A DNA stretch of 64,000 bases from assembly GCA_964016885.1 (NCBI GenBank), contig OZ024744.1, positions 85,250,001 through 85,314,000 of the forward strand, read 5' to 3'. Both the position numbers and the translations under genes were made by a program. This document shows, piece after piece, positions 24,686-39,400 of the stretch (position 1 is the stretch's first letter; each line of letters begins with the position of its first letter). Source of the stretch: Eledone cirrhosa (taxonomy: Eukaryota). The notes under the pieces are model-generated. The model was not told the DNA's origin and did not search any database. It worked only from the letters and a program-made list of their open reading frames with translations.

Positions 24686-25205
24686 TAATTGTTTCTACTT
24701 TAGGCACAAGGCCAGCATTTACCCAGTACATTACTGGTATTTTATTTTATCAACCACGTAAGGATGAAAGACAAAGTTAACCTCGGCGGCATTTGAACTC
24801 AAATCATAAAGGGACGTAACTATGCTGGAAAACATGGTGTCCGACCCTCTACAGATACTGCCAATTCACCGCCATATATTTCTATGTAATAATTATTTCT
24901 ACTTTTGGCACAAGGCCGGCAATTATCCCAGTACATTACAGGTACTTTATTTTATCGACCCCGTAACAATGAAAGGCAAAGTCAAATAATGGTTTCCAAT
25001 TTAGGCACAAGGCCAACAATCTTTTGTGGGAGGGGGAAAGACAATTAAATCGACCCCAGTGCGTTACTTGTATTTTATATTATTTTATCGACCCCCGTAA
25101 GGATGAAAGGCAAAGTTAACCTCGGCGGGATTTGAACTTAGAACGTAAAGGGACGTAACTCTATGCCGTGAAGCAGGGTATCCGATGCTCTATCGATATT
25201 GCCCT
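24686..25205 (-). mobile_element. SINE cluster (3 copies)
   Basis: Same SINE family. Spacer TATTTCTATGTAATAATT is repeated. Confidence 0.88.
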
Positions 25206-25254
25206 AGCCAAATCTTAAAATATATAATATGGCAATCATGGTGATTTGAATGTA

Positions 25255-28145
25255 TTGCTGTTGTTGTTGTTAGCTGTGGTGGTGGTGGTGGTGGTGGTGG
25301 TGGTGATTACATTGGTTGTGGTGGAGGTAAGGATGGTGTTTGTGTTGACTGTGGTGGCCGTGTTGGCGACAGTTGTGGCGGTGGTGGTACTGGTGGTAGT
25401 AAGTGGGATGGTTGCCGTCGTAGTGATGACGATTGCGATAGTTTTGATGGTGCTAATAATGGTGATGGTGGTGATGGTGATAGCGATACTGATGGTGGTG
25501 GGGGTTACGAATGCTGGTTGTAGTGGTGGTGATGGTGGTAGTGGTGGTGGTGGTGGTGGTGGTGGTAGTAATGGTGGTGGTGGTGGTGGTGGTGGTGGTG
25601 GTGGTGGTGGTGGTGGTAGTGTTGGTTGTAGTTGTGGTTGTAGTGATAGTGATGGTGGTGGTGGTGGTTACGAATGCTGGTTGTAGTGGTGGTGATGGTG
25701 GTAGTAATGGTGGTGGTGGTGGTGGTGGTGGTGGTGGTGGTGGTGGTGGTAATGGTGGTGGTGGTGGTGGTGGTGGTGGTGGTGGTAGTGTTGGTTGTAG
25801 TTGTGGTTGTAGTGATAGTGATGGTGGTGGTGGTGGTTACGAATGCTGGTTGTAGTGGTGGTGATGGTGGTAGTAATGGTGGTGGTGGTGGTGGTGGTGG
25901 TGGTGGTAGTGTTGGTTGTAGTTGTGGTTGTAGTGATAGTGATGGTAGTGGTGGTGGTTACGAATGCTGGTTGTAGTGGTGGTGATGTTGGTAGTGGTGG
26001 TGGTGGTGGTGGTGGTGGTGGTGGTGGTGATAGTGTTGTTTGTAGTGGTAGAGATGGTGGTGATGTTGGTGGTGGTGGTGGTGGTAGTGGTGGTGGTGGT
26101 GATAGTGTTGGTTGTAGTGGTGGTGGTAGTGATAGTGGTGGTGGTGGTGGTGGTGGTGATGGTGGTGATACTGTTGGTTGTAGTGGTGGTGATGGTGATA
26201 GTGATGGTGGTGGTGGTGGTGGTGGTGGTGGTGATAGTGTTGGTTGTAGTTGTGATGGTTGTGATAGTGATGTTGGTGGTGGTTACGAATGCTGGTTGTA
26301 GTGGTGGTGATGTTGGTAGTAATGGTGGTGGTCGTGGTGGTGGTGGTGGTGGTGGTGGTGGTGCTAATGGTGGTGGTGGTGGTGGTGGTGGTGGTGATAG
26401 TGTTGGTTGTAGTTGTGGTGATGGTTGTAGTGGTGGTGATGGTGGTGATGGTGATAGTGATGGTGGTGGTGATGGTGGTAATAGTGTTGGTTGTAGTGGT
26501 GGAGATGGTGGTGATGTTGGTAGTAATGGTGGTGGTGGTGGTGGTGGTGATAGTGTTGGTTGTACTGGTGGTGATGGTGATAGTGATGGTGGTGGTGGTG
26601 ATAATGCTGGTGGTGGTGGTGTTGGTGCTGTTGGTCGGGGTGATAGTGTTGGTTGTAGTGGTGGTGGTGATAGTGATGGTGGTGGTGCTGGTGGTGGTGG
26701 TGGTGGTAGTGTCGGTTGAAGTGGTGGTGATGGTGATAGTGTTGGTGGTGGTGGTAATAGTGTTGGTTGTATTGGTGGTGATAGTGGTGTTGGTTGTAGT
26801 GGTGGTGGTTGTGGTGGTGGTGGTGTTGGTTGTAGTGGTGGTGATGGTGGTAGTGGTGGTAGTGATGGTGGTGATAGTGTTGGTTGTAGTGGTGGTGATG
26901 GTGATAGTGGCAGTGGTGGTGGTGGTGTTGGTTGTAGTGGTAGTGATGGTGGTAGTGGTGGTAGTGATGGTGGTGATAGTGTTGGTTGTAGTGGGGGTGA
27001 TGGTGATAGTGGCGGTGGTGGTGGTGGTGGTGGTGGTGGTAATAGCGATGGCTGTATGGTGATGGTGATAGTGGTGGTGGCAATAGTGTTGGTTGTAGTG
27101 ATGGTGATAGTGATGGTTGTAGTGATGGTGATAGTGGTCGTGGTGGTGGTGGTGGTGGTGGTAATAGTGATGGATGTAGTGGTGGTGATAATGGTAGTGA
27201 TGGTAGTGGTGGTAATAGTGTTGGTTGTAGTGGTGGTGATGGTGGTGGTGGAGGTGGTGGCGGTAATAGTGTTGGTTGTAGTGGTGGTGATGGTGGTGGT
27301 GGAGGTGGTGGCGGTAATAGTGTTGGTTGTAGTGGTGGTGATGGTGGTAGTGATGATGGTGGTGGTGGTGATGGTGGTAATAGTGTTGGTTGTAGTGGTG
27401 ATGATGATGGTAGTGATGATGTTGGCGGTAATAGTGTTGGTTGTAGTGGTGGTAATGGTGATGGTGGTGGTGGTGCTGGTGCTGGTGCTGGTGGTAATAG
27501 TGTTGGTTGTAGTGGTGATGATAGTGATGTTGGTGGTGGTAACAGTGCTTGTTGTAGTGGTGGTGATGGTGGTAGTGATGGTGGTGGTGGTGGTGGTGGT
27601 GGTAATAGTGTTGGTTGTAGTGGTGGTGATGGTGGTAGTGATGGTGGTGGTGGTGGTAATAGTGTTGGTTGTAGTGGTGGTGATGGTGGTGGTGGAGGTG
27701 GTGTTGCTGGTGCTGGTGATAGTGTTGGTTGTAGTGGTGGTTGTAGTGATGGTGATGGTGATAGTGGTGGTGTTGGTGGGGGTAATAGTGATGGCTGTAG
27801 TGGTGGTGGTGGTGGTGGTAATAGTGTTGGTTGTTATGGGGGGGGGGGGTAATGGGGGTGGTTGTAGTGATGGTGATGGTGATAGTGGTGGTGTTGGTGG
27901 TGGTAATAGTGATAGCTGCGTGTTGTGGTCATGATAATAGTGTTGGTTGTGGTGGTAGAGCAAATAGTAGTTGTGGTCGTTTGTGGTATTGGTGTTAGTG
28001 GTGGTGGTTGTAGTAGTCATAGTCTTGGCCTCGTTATTATGATGTTGGGTTTGGTTATGGTGGTGGTTGTAGTGTTGGTGGTTGTGATGGCTGGGATGGC
28101 AGGGACGGTGATAAATTGTGGTGGTGGTGATGGTGATGGTGTGGT
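25255..28145. repeat. (GGT)n-derived degenerate minisatellite
   Basis: GGT/GAT/AGT triplets. Motif TTACGAATGCTGGTTGTAGTGG repeats five times between 25506 and 26305. Confidence 0.95.
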
Positions 28146-28200
28146 CACCGACCATGGAACTTATTCAGTGGAAGTGCTGCTGCGAACCCCGGATTAATGG

Positions 28201-28288
<88 letters not shown>

Positions 28289-28316
28289 AGGGGGAGAGAG
28301 GGGGAGAGAGAGATAT

Positions 28317-31300
28317 GTTTCTTTATTAGCCACAGCGGCACAAAAGAAGGGGACAAATATAAAGGGGGTAGTTTACATACAATAAAAACGTGTAAAATAA
28401 TATCACAAATGCAATTTAAATATTTAGTCGATTTTCCCAATAGTTCATATGGGTAACACATACCCCCGAACAAATGTGCAACCCTCATCTCCAGGAGTAC
28501 GAAGAGTTTGTACCCCTTTCCTCTCTTCCTCTTTTTCCTCAACCTACAGGCTGATATAGAGAGAAGGCCCATTCACTCGGGCCATTCTCGCCACTTTCAC
28601 CCACCTTTCATAAAGCTTACTGGGGTACAGCACCTCTCTCTCCATCCTGATTCTTCTTCCAAAGTGGTATTTGAAAAAAAGAATCAGTTGTTGGCCCGAG
28701 AGAAAGGTGTCTGACCTCAGCCCTTTCAACCTTGTCCACCATACAACCTCTTTCGCTATAGCTATCACACAAAGGAAAACCGCCTCTCCTTCGTTTTTGA
28801 AGGAGGGTGGCGGTTTGATCATGACAATGGACTCGGTGGTCAACCGGATTGGTCCCACCCGCGACAATAGTCATTCTACATAGCCCCACAGGTCAGTGAC
28901 GCCAGGGCAGTGCATGAATGCGTGCGCGACGGTTTCTTCGTCTCGCACGCACATCGGACAGATCTTTTTTGCAGAGTCCCTGCATGACGGGTCCCGGCAT
29001 GACGGTCAAGCGGTAGTAGATGACGGACGCTATAAAAGTGTTCGCCGCCTCCGCTCGACCTTTCAAGGATAGTTTGCACTAGGCCCACTTCTGGGTGAGT
29101 GCAAACACCTTGGCCGTCACCTCGTTCCAGTTCTTCTCCACCTGGAGGTCCGGACCAAACCAGACCCCGAGCAGCTTTACCGGTCCTTCCGTCCAGCGTA
29201 GGCCGACGCCGCTTTCCGCAGTCCCGGTTCCAAAGGGATGCCCTGCAATAGCCTCAACTTCTGCAGTAGTGGCTCGAGAGTCAGTGCGTACAGAAGGGAG
29301 GAGAGAGGGCATCCCTGTCAAATGGATCGCGGGATATGGAACGGCTCCGAGAGGTAGCCGTTCACTTTGACCCTTGAGCAGATGTTGTTGCTGTGCATTG
29401 CAGCAATCCAGCTCCTGAACACGGGTCCAAAGCCTGCCGCCTCGAGTACCGCATGCAGGTAACGATGCTCAACCCTATCGAAAGACTTAGACTGATCCAA
29501 CTTGATCAGGGCCCCACCGCAGCCGGGTTTACACCCAACCCTCTCTACGATGTATCGTATGAGGTGGAGGTTGTCGTGTATGGACCTGGTCGGATTTGCG
29601 CATGTCTGCGCTTCTCCCACCAGGTTCTCGACGACAAGCGCCAGCCCCTTTGCCAACACCTTGGCCAAAATCTGTAACTCTGTGTTTAGCAGAGTTATGG
29701 GCCGGAAGTTGCCTATGTCATCCCCCTTATTCTCGTCCTTCCTGACTAGCGTGACCACGCCCCTGGTCACAGAACTGGGAATTCTCCCGTTCAGCTGCCA
29801 GTTGCAATAGACCACTTCCAGGAGAACAGAGAACAAGTCCGGCATTGCTACGTAAAATTCGTAGGGTAGACGGTCGAGACCTGGAGATTTGCGTTTGCCG
29901 CATTGGCTCAGTGCATCCCCTATCTCAGCGGCTGAAATCGGCCTTTCGCAGAAATTCGCCTCGCTGTCCGAGAGTCGCGGTAGGCCGTCAAGGTATGGAC
30001 CGAATTACATAGCCTCTCCCGGCGCGCCGCCCTGCCCGAACGGCTGAGCAAATGCCGCTGAAAGGCCGTGCACATCTGCTTCGGCTCATGTATCACGCGT
30101 CCGTCTTGGTTTTTCAAAGACCGAATCGTGGACTTGTTACCACTTTTCGCCTCCGTCACCCGAGCCCAGCTAACAGCTTTGGCTCCCTCGTTACCCAGAG
30201 CACGTATTTTGCTTCTGATAACGCATCCCTCGTGCTTTGCGTCGAAGAACTGGTCCAAGGCCGTTCTCGTTGCTAGCAGGCTGGCCTCGTTGCCACTTCT
30301 AATTGCCACTTTTAATTTATCTACCAGTTCCTTCTCGGTCCTATTTGTATCTAACGCTAATTCTTTACTAAAAACTAACGAGTCTAATCTAACTGCCCTC
30401 TTGAGAGAGTACCACCATCTGTTGTTGACAATGGCCCCTGTCAAGTGCTGTTTAACTAAAGTTCTAATCCGTCTACTGTAGGCTTTGCATGTCGGTAACA
30501 AGTAGCCGGGTCCTTGTCTATGGATTCTATCAAGGTTGACCATGCAGGTCACTAGTTTGTGATCTGAATAGGCAACCATGAACATTTGTCGACAGCTTAA
30601 CATGTCCCTATCTTTATTTCTAACTAGAACCCTATCTAGGTACGATCTAGATGTTCCGCTGCGATTAGTTCACGTCCACAGTGGCACAGTCGAAAAATCT
30701 ATCGGCCAGGTCAAATCGGCCGATTAACTGGTTGAGACCGTTACCCCCCACCCCCTTTATCGGGACATGCTCCCGCATAGTCCCAACGAGCATCTAGGAT
30801 TCGATTGCAGTCCTCCACTAAAAGCAAGGAGCGAGACGTTCCTACAAAAGTCTCTAGACGTTTGAAGATGTCTGGCCGCGGTTTCCCGTATGGGGCATAT
30901 GCGGCCACCAGCCTGAAGGCTCCACCTTCACTACCGTCAATGTCTAGGACCACCAGTCGACGCTCCGGGTCCAGATGTACCGTCTGTGTTACGAGGGCCA
31001 GTTGTTTCCGCAGCAATACGGCAACCCCGCCACCAACTCCCGGCTGACAGAGAGATGCGTAGATCTTTAAAGTCGTCGAAGATGGGCGCCAGCTGTCGCT
31101 CGCTGTGGATCCTGGACTCACAAATGGCTACTACATCCATACTGTGCGACCTGAGGTCGTTTAAGCGTTTGCCCTGTTTACATGGCATCCCCAGGCCGCG
31201 TACATTCACACATCCAACTCTTATATTGGCCATGTTGGTGCTGAAAAGATAAAAGAAGAGGAAAAGAAATCACTCACCGCTTCGTCTCCTGGGGACCAGG

Positions 31301-32051
31301 CTGCACGATTTCCATGGGGGTGTTGGAGTGGTTGTCTGGGTGCGTGGTAGTTTCCGGCGGGGTGAGGACGGATGATTATTGGTGGGGAGGGGGTGTCTGG
31401 TGGGGTGATGAAACATTTGAGAAGGACGCGGTTAAGTGGTTTCACGCAAGAATTCCCCACATCCTTTTCAAATGTTTCTTTTAGGGACCTATAAGTTTGT
31501 ATAGGGACCCTAATCAGTTTTAGGTTCGGTTTTTTATTATTCTTATTAGAGTGTGCGAAAGTTTTCCCTTCGGTGAAAACCGAAGGGTTGTTCGTGATCG
31601 TCTCTATTAGTGTTTTGCTTTCAGTGTTTATGTATGTGTAAGTGTAATTTTCTCGTGCTGTGTTTGTTTTTGTCTGTAGTTCTTGTGTGTGCTTTCGTTT
31701 TGTTGTAGGTGTTTGTGTTTGGAGTGATGTCGTGGTTTTGTTTTCGGGACGGGGTGTTTTTGTTTGTAATGTTTGTGTTGTTTGTGCTGGTGGTTGTATG
31801 TTTGTAGTGATGTTTGTTGCTTTTTTGTTCTTGTGGTGTCTTTTCGAACGGAGAGGCTCTCCCTCATCGTCACTTGGTGATGATGAGGGGGCCTCGTCCG
31901 TTGTGGTGTCTGTATTATTTGGAAGGGGTATGTTTTGGCGAGCTGTTGTGTTTGTGGGTGTTTTTGCAGTGGTTTTAGGTGGAGTGGTTGGGTGGGACTG
32001 TGCTTGCAGTTTGGTTTTTTGTTCTTCTTTTGGTTATGTTTGCGTGTTGTT

Positions 32052-32086
<35 letters not shown>

Positions 32087-33520
32087 GGTGGTGGTGGTGG
32101 TGGTGGTTGTGTTGTTGTTTTGGGTGTTGGCAGTAGTGCCTCTTTTTCTTTGCAGCTAGCTAAGGACAGTAAGCCTTCAGGTGACCACTGCTTAAACAGT
32201 GGTAACATGAAGGCCGCCTACCCCCAACAGAAATGTTTATGTATGAAATCCCATCCAGAGGCACACGTTGGGGTATTTTAGCTATCCGTTCTGGCCCCAT
32301 TTGGACCAGAACTTCCAGGCTTGTACCATTGAATGTGCCTCTAGAGGACTTTCCCACTGAAAGGATGGTGTCTTCATCGAAATCGATGAAGCCAGTCAAA
32401 ATCCACCAGACGTTTACATTTGGTGTAATGTTCGAAATTTTAATTTTCTGCTTTCTTTTCCCCACATATGTGGAGAAAAAGGGGTAATGGGGGGGCACAA
32501 TTGGCGACACAGAATATTTTTGTGCCGTCAATTGGTCTTTCATCAACACCGAAATGCTTCCAAAAAGTTTACATTTTTGGATAAAGGCAATATCCTTCAT
32601 GGAATTTTTCAGAACCAGTTCAATCTTGTTTTGGGATAATTGGACTGGTTATTTTTACACATTTGAAACTGTCCTAAAAATTATTGTTTTTAGGATAGTT
32701 TCTCTACGCAACTGTTGAGGAGAAGTGATGCTGAAAGCACCACTCTCACCCAAAGTTATATACTGCTTTGCATCTCTTAACAACTCCCTAGCATTGGAGA
32801 TGTCTAGATATGTAAACACTTCCGTCTTTAGGATGGTTTGTGCAAAGGAAATATTTTCCTTGTTTTTTGGAGTTGTTCGTGTTGCTGTTGTTGTTGGTAG
32901 TGTTGTTGTTATCATTGTTGCTGTCGTTGTTCTTGTTCTTGTTGTCATTATTGTTGTCGTTGTTGTTCTTGTTGTCACTGATGTTGATATTGTTCGTATT
33001 TTCCTTGGTGTTAGTGTTGTTGTTGTCTTTGATGCTGGTATTATTGGTGTTGTCATTTTTTTTTCTTTGTTGTTGTTGTCAATGTTGTTTTCATCATCAT
33101 TATTGGTGTTGTTGTTATTTTTGTTGTCATTGTACTGTTTGGTGTTATTTGGATTTGAATTCTTTTTTACAATTTGGTTTCTTCTTTCCATCTCCATAGT
33201 ATCTATGGAGAAAGAAAGGGAAGAAGACGACGTTGACTGCGACCTATGTAGTCTTACCGACTCTCCACCACCATTATCGCCAAACGCAGCGTTTATAGTC
33301 TAAGCAAACTTTTTACGATATTTTTTCAAAATTCGATAGATAAAAATTTTCAAACGAATATTTCGCCCCTGGGGTGGGGTGGCGGGGCAAAATGAGTTGA
33401 CCCACCGCCTGTAGGTCCAGACGGGGGGGGGTCAAACTACACAATAATATAAAAATTGAACAAAACTTACGGTTTTTCCACCATAAATTTACAAAAATTT
33501 AGGATCGAAGTAAACAACGT
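28317..33520 (-). mobile_element. L1/Tx1-type LINE copy 1 (ORF1 plus internally deleted ORF2)
   Basis: ORF1 has a CCHC knuckle CYHCLSSGHLKAYC. ORF2 starts at ATG 31233 (APE: CVNVRGL, YAP, SDH; RT: SPGLD, FRPITLLN, LDQSKSFDRV). The YADD region is deleted. The 3' end is AATAAAGAAA next to (GA)n. Confidence 0.93.
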
Positions 33521-33883
33521 CTAAATAGACAGATAAATAGATAGAGAGATAGAGAGATAGATAGCCAGAGTCTCTTTTGTTGTTGAACGAATGGAAGTAA
33601 AAGACAAGAAAGAGCAGGGCAGAAGGAAGTTAGAGAGGAACTTGAAACTGAGATGAAAGGGCAAGAATGAGAAAGAAATTAGACGAATAGGATAGAAGAG
33701 AAATTGATGAACTGACAAGTAAACACAGGGGCATTGTTTGCCGGTCTGCCTGGCTGCCAGTCGGCATGCCTCATTACATATCTGTCAGTGTGAATAACGT
33801 ACAGTGCATCTGTCTATTCATATAGTTGTTAGTTCACATCCTTAGTGGTTAAGCCGTTCAAATCACGACCATAGATAGGTGAA

Positions 33884-34025
33884 GGCACATGGCTTAGTGG
33901 TTAGAGCATTGGGCTTGCGATCGAAAGACTGTGAGTTCAATTCTCGGACCGGGTGATGTGTTGCTTCCTTGAGCAAGAGACTTTATTTCACGTTGTTCCA
34001 GTTTACTCAGCTGTAGAAATGAGAT
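33884..34025 (+). mobile_element. tRNA-derived CORE-like SINE (different family)
   Basis: Box A TGGCTTAGTGGTTAGAGC, box B GAGTTCAATTCTC, CORE-like TCCTTGAGCAAGAGACTTTATTTCAC. A second partial copy lies at ~34120-34190. Confidence 0.75.
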
Positions 34026-34209
34026 GATATCATTAAATCACCCAAGACACCTCCAACGAGATATACCTTGGAGGAGGCCGGCTAAACCTGCATAGGCATG
34101 AACTGTCACACATAGACAGGGTCGTGAGTTCGATTCTCGGGAGGGACATTGTGTTCTTGAGCAAGACTAATTATTTCAAATTGCTGCAGTCTGAACACGG
34201 TGAATTTAC

Positions 34210-35095
34210 GTTTTGAGTTCAAATCCTGCTGAGGTTAACTTTGCCTTTCAACTTTACAGGGTCGATAAAATAAAGTACCAGTAATGAACTGGAGCAATTG
34301 CTAGCCTTGTGCCAAAAGTAGAAACATTATTATAACAGTAGCTACGGTGTTTTAAGACAAATGTGTTAATTTCAGCAGCTTGGAGTTTGCCAAATCTGGC
34401 CTTGTGCCAAAAGTAGAAACAATTATTCAGCCATATTGGCAGAGTCGTAAGAACGTCGAATAGAATGCTGTGTGTTATTCATTCCGACTGTTGCTCTATG
34501 AATTCAAAACCGGCCGAGTCCAACTTTACATGCTTTCATGGCGGATAGAAATAAAGTACCAGTAACGCACTGGGGTCGATTTTTTCGACTAGCCCCTCCC
34601 CAAAGTTGTTGGCTTTGAGCCTAAATCAGAAACTATGCTTTGACGCATAGAATTACGGCCCTTGCCATTCTGTGTTCAAATCCCACCGAGATTAACTTTG
34701 CCTTTCATCCTTACAGGGTCGATAAAATAAAGTACCAGTAATGTACTGGTTAATTGCTGGCCTTGTGCCAATAGTAGAAACAATTATTTATAATATTATT
34801 CTGTTTCTGTGTAGCGAATTGACAGAGTCGTTAGAATGTCGGATACAATGCTTTGCGTTATTCGTTTCGGCTCTTTGCTCTCTGAGTTCAAATCCCACCA
34901 AGGTCAACTTTGCCTTTCATCTGTTCGTGGTCAATAAAATAAAAGTACCAGTCATGTATTGGAGTAGATTCTTCCTCTATATCCCTTTCTCACTTCCATT
35001 CTCTCACTCTCTCTATCCATATATGGAAGAAATATACTCTTTTCCGACCTGGGGGAGATGGGGTCCACCAGGTTTTAAAAATGTGCCTCAGAAAT
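34210..35095 (+). mobile_element. Cluster of 4 SINE copies; the last (34811-35095) has a long tail
   Basis: Box A, box B and central domain repeated. Confidence 0.85.
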
Positions 35096-35102
35096 TATGG
35101 GT

Positions 35103-36022
35103 CCATCCATCCAACCATCCAGCCATATAACCATCCAGCCATACATCCAATCATTCAACTATCCAGCCATCCATCCATCCATCCATCTATCCATCCATCC
35201 AACCATCCAACCATCCAACCAACAATCCAACCATCCATCCATCCAACCAACCATCCATCCATCCAGCCATCCATCCATCCATCCATCCAACCATCCAACC
35301 AACCATCCAACGATCCATCCATCCAACCATCCAACCATCCAACCAACCATCCAACCATCCATCCATCCAACCAGCCATCCATCCATCCAGCCATCCATCC
35401 AACCAACCATCTATCCATCCAACCATCCAACCAACCATCCAACGATCCATCCATCCAACGATCCATCCATCCAACCATCCAACCATCCAACCATCCATCC
35501 ATCCAACCATCCATCCATCTAACCAACCAACTATCCATCCAACCATCCATCCATCCAACCACCCAACCATCCAACCATCAACCATCCAACCAACCATCCA
35601 ACCATTCAACCATCCAACCATCCAACCATCCAACCAACCATCCATCCAACCAACCATCCAACCATCCAACCAACCATCCATCCATCCAGCCATCCATCCA
35701 TCCATCCATCCATCCATCCATCCAACCACCCAACCATCCATCCATTCAACCATCCAACCAACCATCCAACCATTCAACCATCCAACCAACCATCCAACGA
35801 TCCATCCATCCAACCATCCAACCAACCATCCAACCATCCAACCAACCATCCAACCAACCATCCAACCATCCAACCATCCATCCATTCAACCAGCCAACCA
35901 TCCAACCAACCATCCAATCAACCATCCAACCAACCATCCAACCATCCAACCAACCAACCAACCATCCAACCAACCAACCAACCAACCATCCATCCAGCCA
36001 AACAACCATCCGACCATACATC
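35103..36022. repeat. (CCAT/CCAA)n compound microsatellite
   Basis: Direct reading. Confidence 0.97.
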
Positions 36023-36069
36023 CACTTTGTATGTATGTAATTCAATGTAATGATATCATATGACCATTA

Positions 36070-36432
36070 ATTTGGGGAAGTTAAAATTGTTTATATCAAC
36101 TCCAATTGTTAACTGGTACTATATTTTATCGACTTCAGAACGATGAAAGGTAAAGCTGACCACGCTGATATTTTGACTCAGAACATAATTGTTTCTACCT
36201 TTGGCACAAGGCCAGCAACTAACCCAGTGCATTACGGGTACTTTATTTTATCGACCCCGTAAGGATGAAAGGCAAAGTTAACCTCGGCGGGATTTGAACT
36301 CAGACCATAAAGGGCCGTAACTCTTTGCTGCAAAGCATGGCGTCCGACCCTCTATCGATACTGCCAATCCAATGAGCCCTAACTAAATACCACAAAGCAT
36401 TTTGTCTGTCGCTCTAACGATTCTGCCAATCA
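36070..36432 (-). mobile_element. Nested SINEs
   Basis: A younger SINE (36187-36370) sits inside an older diverged one. Confidence 0.8.
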
Positions 36433-36494
36433 ACCGAGTATGTACAGTATATAATTATTTCCAGTATAGGCAAAAGGCCAGTAAATATAGAGTG

Positions 36495-39400
36495 GTTTCT
36501 TTATTTGCCACTAGGGCACAAAAGGTAGGGACAGATACAAGGGGGGAAGTTTACATATAATTAATGAGTACAAAAATATAACAATGAAATAACAACAACA
36601 AACGAAGTCCTCAATAGGGAGGGGGCATTAACATGGGTCGCACACACCCCGGAAAAAATGTGCAACCCTTCTCCTCAGGAGCACAAAGAGTAGGTGCTTC
36701 CCTCGTCTCCTCCTTTTCCTCTTCTTTCACCTACAGGCTGATATAGAGAGAAGACCCATTCACTCTGGCCATTCTCCCTACTTTCACCCACCTTTCATAA
36801 AACTTGCTGGGGTAGAGCACCTCTCTCTCCATTCTGATCCTTCTTTTAAAATGGTATTTGAAAAAGGGGACCAGTTGTTGGCCGGAGAGAAAGGTGTCTG
36901 ACCTCAGCCCTTTCAGCCTCGTCCACCATACAACTTCTTTAGCCATGGCTATCACACAGAGAAAAACCGCCTCTCCTTCGTTTTTGAAAGGGGGAGGCGG
37001 TTTGATCGTGACAATGGACTCGGTGGTCAACCGGATTGGTGCCACCCTCGACAGTAGTCGTTCCACATAGCCCCACAGGTCAGCAATGCCTGGGCAGTGT
37101 ACGAATGCGTGCGCAACGGTTTCGTCGTCATGCACGCATCTCGGACAGATCTTATTCAAAGGATCCCTACCCAGGCTCCCATGCCTGTGGAGCTTGTCTC
37201 GAACGGGTAGAGCCCCTCGGTAGCACTGCCAAGCCAGGGACTTTGGGAAGTTGTCCATTGGTCCAGGGCCAAACGTCCTACCGAACAGACTGGCCAGTTC
37301 ATCTTCCTCCATGCCTAGAGCTTCTCCGAGAGCATCGTCGCACCTGCTGCGTACCAACCCTCTATAGAATGCCGAGGTGGAGTCTCCACTGATTGCCGGG
37401 TCCGCTTTCCAGAGGGCCGTGAGCGCCTGGGCACATTCAATGTGCCAGTCGCCCACTTTTCTCGGTCTTTGCTTGACCCAGGATTGCAGCTCGGTGAGCG
37501 AAACGAGTCTGGGAAAGGCTCGCCTCACAAACGGGGCCCACACCGGTTGACCGGTGAGGAATACCTGGAGGTGCCGTAGCCTAAATGCGTGTTTACGCAT
37601 CTGTAGCCACGGCATCCCCAGCCCTCCTTTCGAAGGGTGTTGACAGCAGATGGATCTCCTCACCAAAGGGGTCCGCTTGTTCCAAAGAAATTGGAACAGC
37701 GCGCACTCCATTTTGGCGAGTCTTTTCACTGGGCAAGGCACGACGGTCAAGCGGTAGTAGATGACGGATGCTATATAAGTATTCGCCACCTCCGCTCGAC
37801 CTTTCAGGGATAGTTTGCACTGGGCCCACTTCTGGGTGAGTGCAAACACCCTGGCCGTTATCTCGTTCCAGTTTTTCTCCACCTGGAGGTCTGGTCCGAA
37901 CCAGACCCCAAGCAGCTTCACCAGCGTCCAGCGTCCGACGACGTCGTTGGAGGGCATCGGTTTGCCTCTCCATGTTCCGAGTTGCAAACCGACGGACTTG
38001 TCCCGGTTCAGCTTGGCTCCTGTAAACCTTTCATATTCCTCCAGTAAGGTGCCGATCTCACCGATTTGCGAGGTTATCGACACCATTACTGTCACGTCAT
38101 CGGCGTAGGCCGACGCCGCTTTCTGCAATCCCGGTTCCAAAGGGATGCCCTGCAACCGCTCCAACTTCCGTAGTAGTGGTTCAAGAGCCAGCACATACAG
38201 TAGGGGGAGAGAGGGCATCCCTGTCGGATGGATCGCATGATTTGGAACGGCTCCGAGAGGTGGCCGTTCACCTTGACCCTTGAGCAGACGTTGCTGCTGT
38301 GCATCGCAGCAATCCAACCCCTGAAAACGGGTCCGAAGCCTGCCGCCGCGAGCACCGCATCCAGGTAACGATGGTCAACCCTATCAAAAGCTTTAGATTG
38401 ATCCAAGTTGATCAGGGCCCCACCAAAGCCGGGTTCATTCCCTACCCTCTCTATGATGTATCGCATAAGGTGGAGATTGTCGTGAATGGACCTGGACGGG
38501 ATTGCGCATGTCTGCGCTTCTCCCACCAGGTTTCCAACGACAAGCGCCAACCTCTTCGCTAACACCTTGGCCAAAATCTTTAACTCTGTATTTAGCAGAG
38601 TTATGGGCCTGAAGTTACTTATGTCATCCCCCTTGTTCTCATCCTTCCTCACCAGCGTAACTACGCCCTTGGTCACAGAACTGGGAATTCTCCCGTTCTG
38701 CTGCCAGTTTCAGTAGACCGCTTCGAGGATATCGGAGAACAAGTCCGGCATCGCTACATATAGCTCGTATGGTAGACCATCGAGACCCGGGGATTTGCGT
38801 TTGCCGCATTGGCTCAGCGCCGCCCCTATCTCAGCAGCTGAAATCGTCCTTTCGCAGGACTTCGCCTCCGCGTCCGAGAGGCGCGGCAGACCGTCGAGGT
38901 ATGGATTGAAATCCATAGTCTCACCCGGCGCGCCGCCCCTCTCGAACAGTCGTGCAAAGTGCCGCTGAAAGGCCGCACACATCTGCCCAGGTTCAAGGAT
39001 CACACGCCCATCCTGGTCCTTCAAAGACCGAATCGTGGACTTGTTCCCACTTTTTGCCTCTGTCACTCGGGCCCAGCTCACAGCTTTGGCTCCCTCATTA
39101 CGCAGAGCACGTATTTTACTCCTGACAACGCAGCCTTCATGCTTCACCTCAAAGAACTGGTCTAAGGCCATTCTTGATGCCAGCACGCCGGCTACATTGC
39201 CACTCCTAATCGCCTCTTCTACTCTATCTACTAATTCCCTTTCCGTCTTGTTCCTATCCCTTGCTAATTCCTGACTAAAACCTATCGATTCTATTCTAAT
39301 TGCTCTCTTAAGAGAGCTCCACCACCTGTTGTTGACAATTTCCCCTGTCAAACTCTGCTTAACTAACGGGCTAATCCGTTTACTGTAAGCTTTGCTTCTC

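Noticed and set aside
25837-28155. 772-aa Thr/Pro/His-rich ORF
   Set aside because: A by-product of the GGT repeat. Composition switches at indels.
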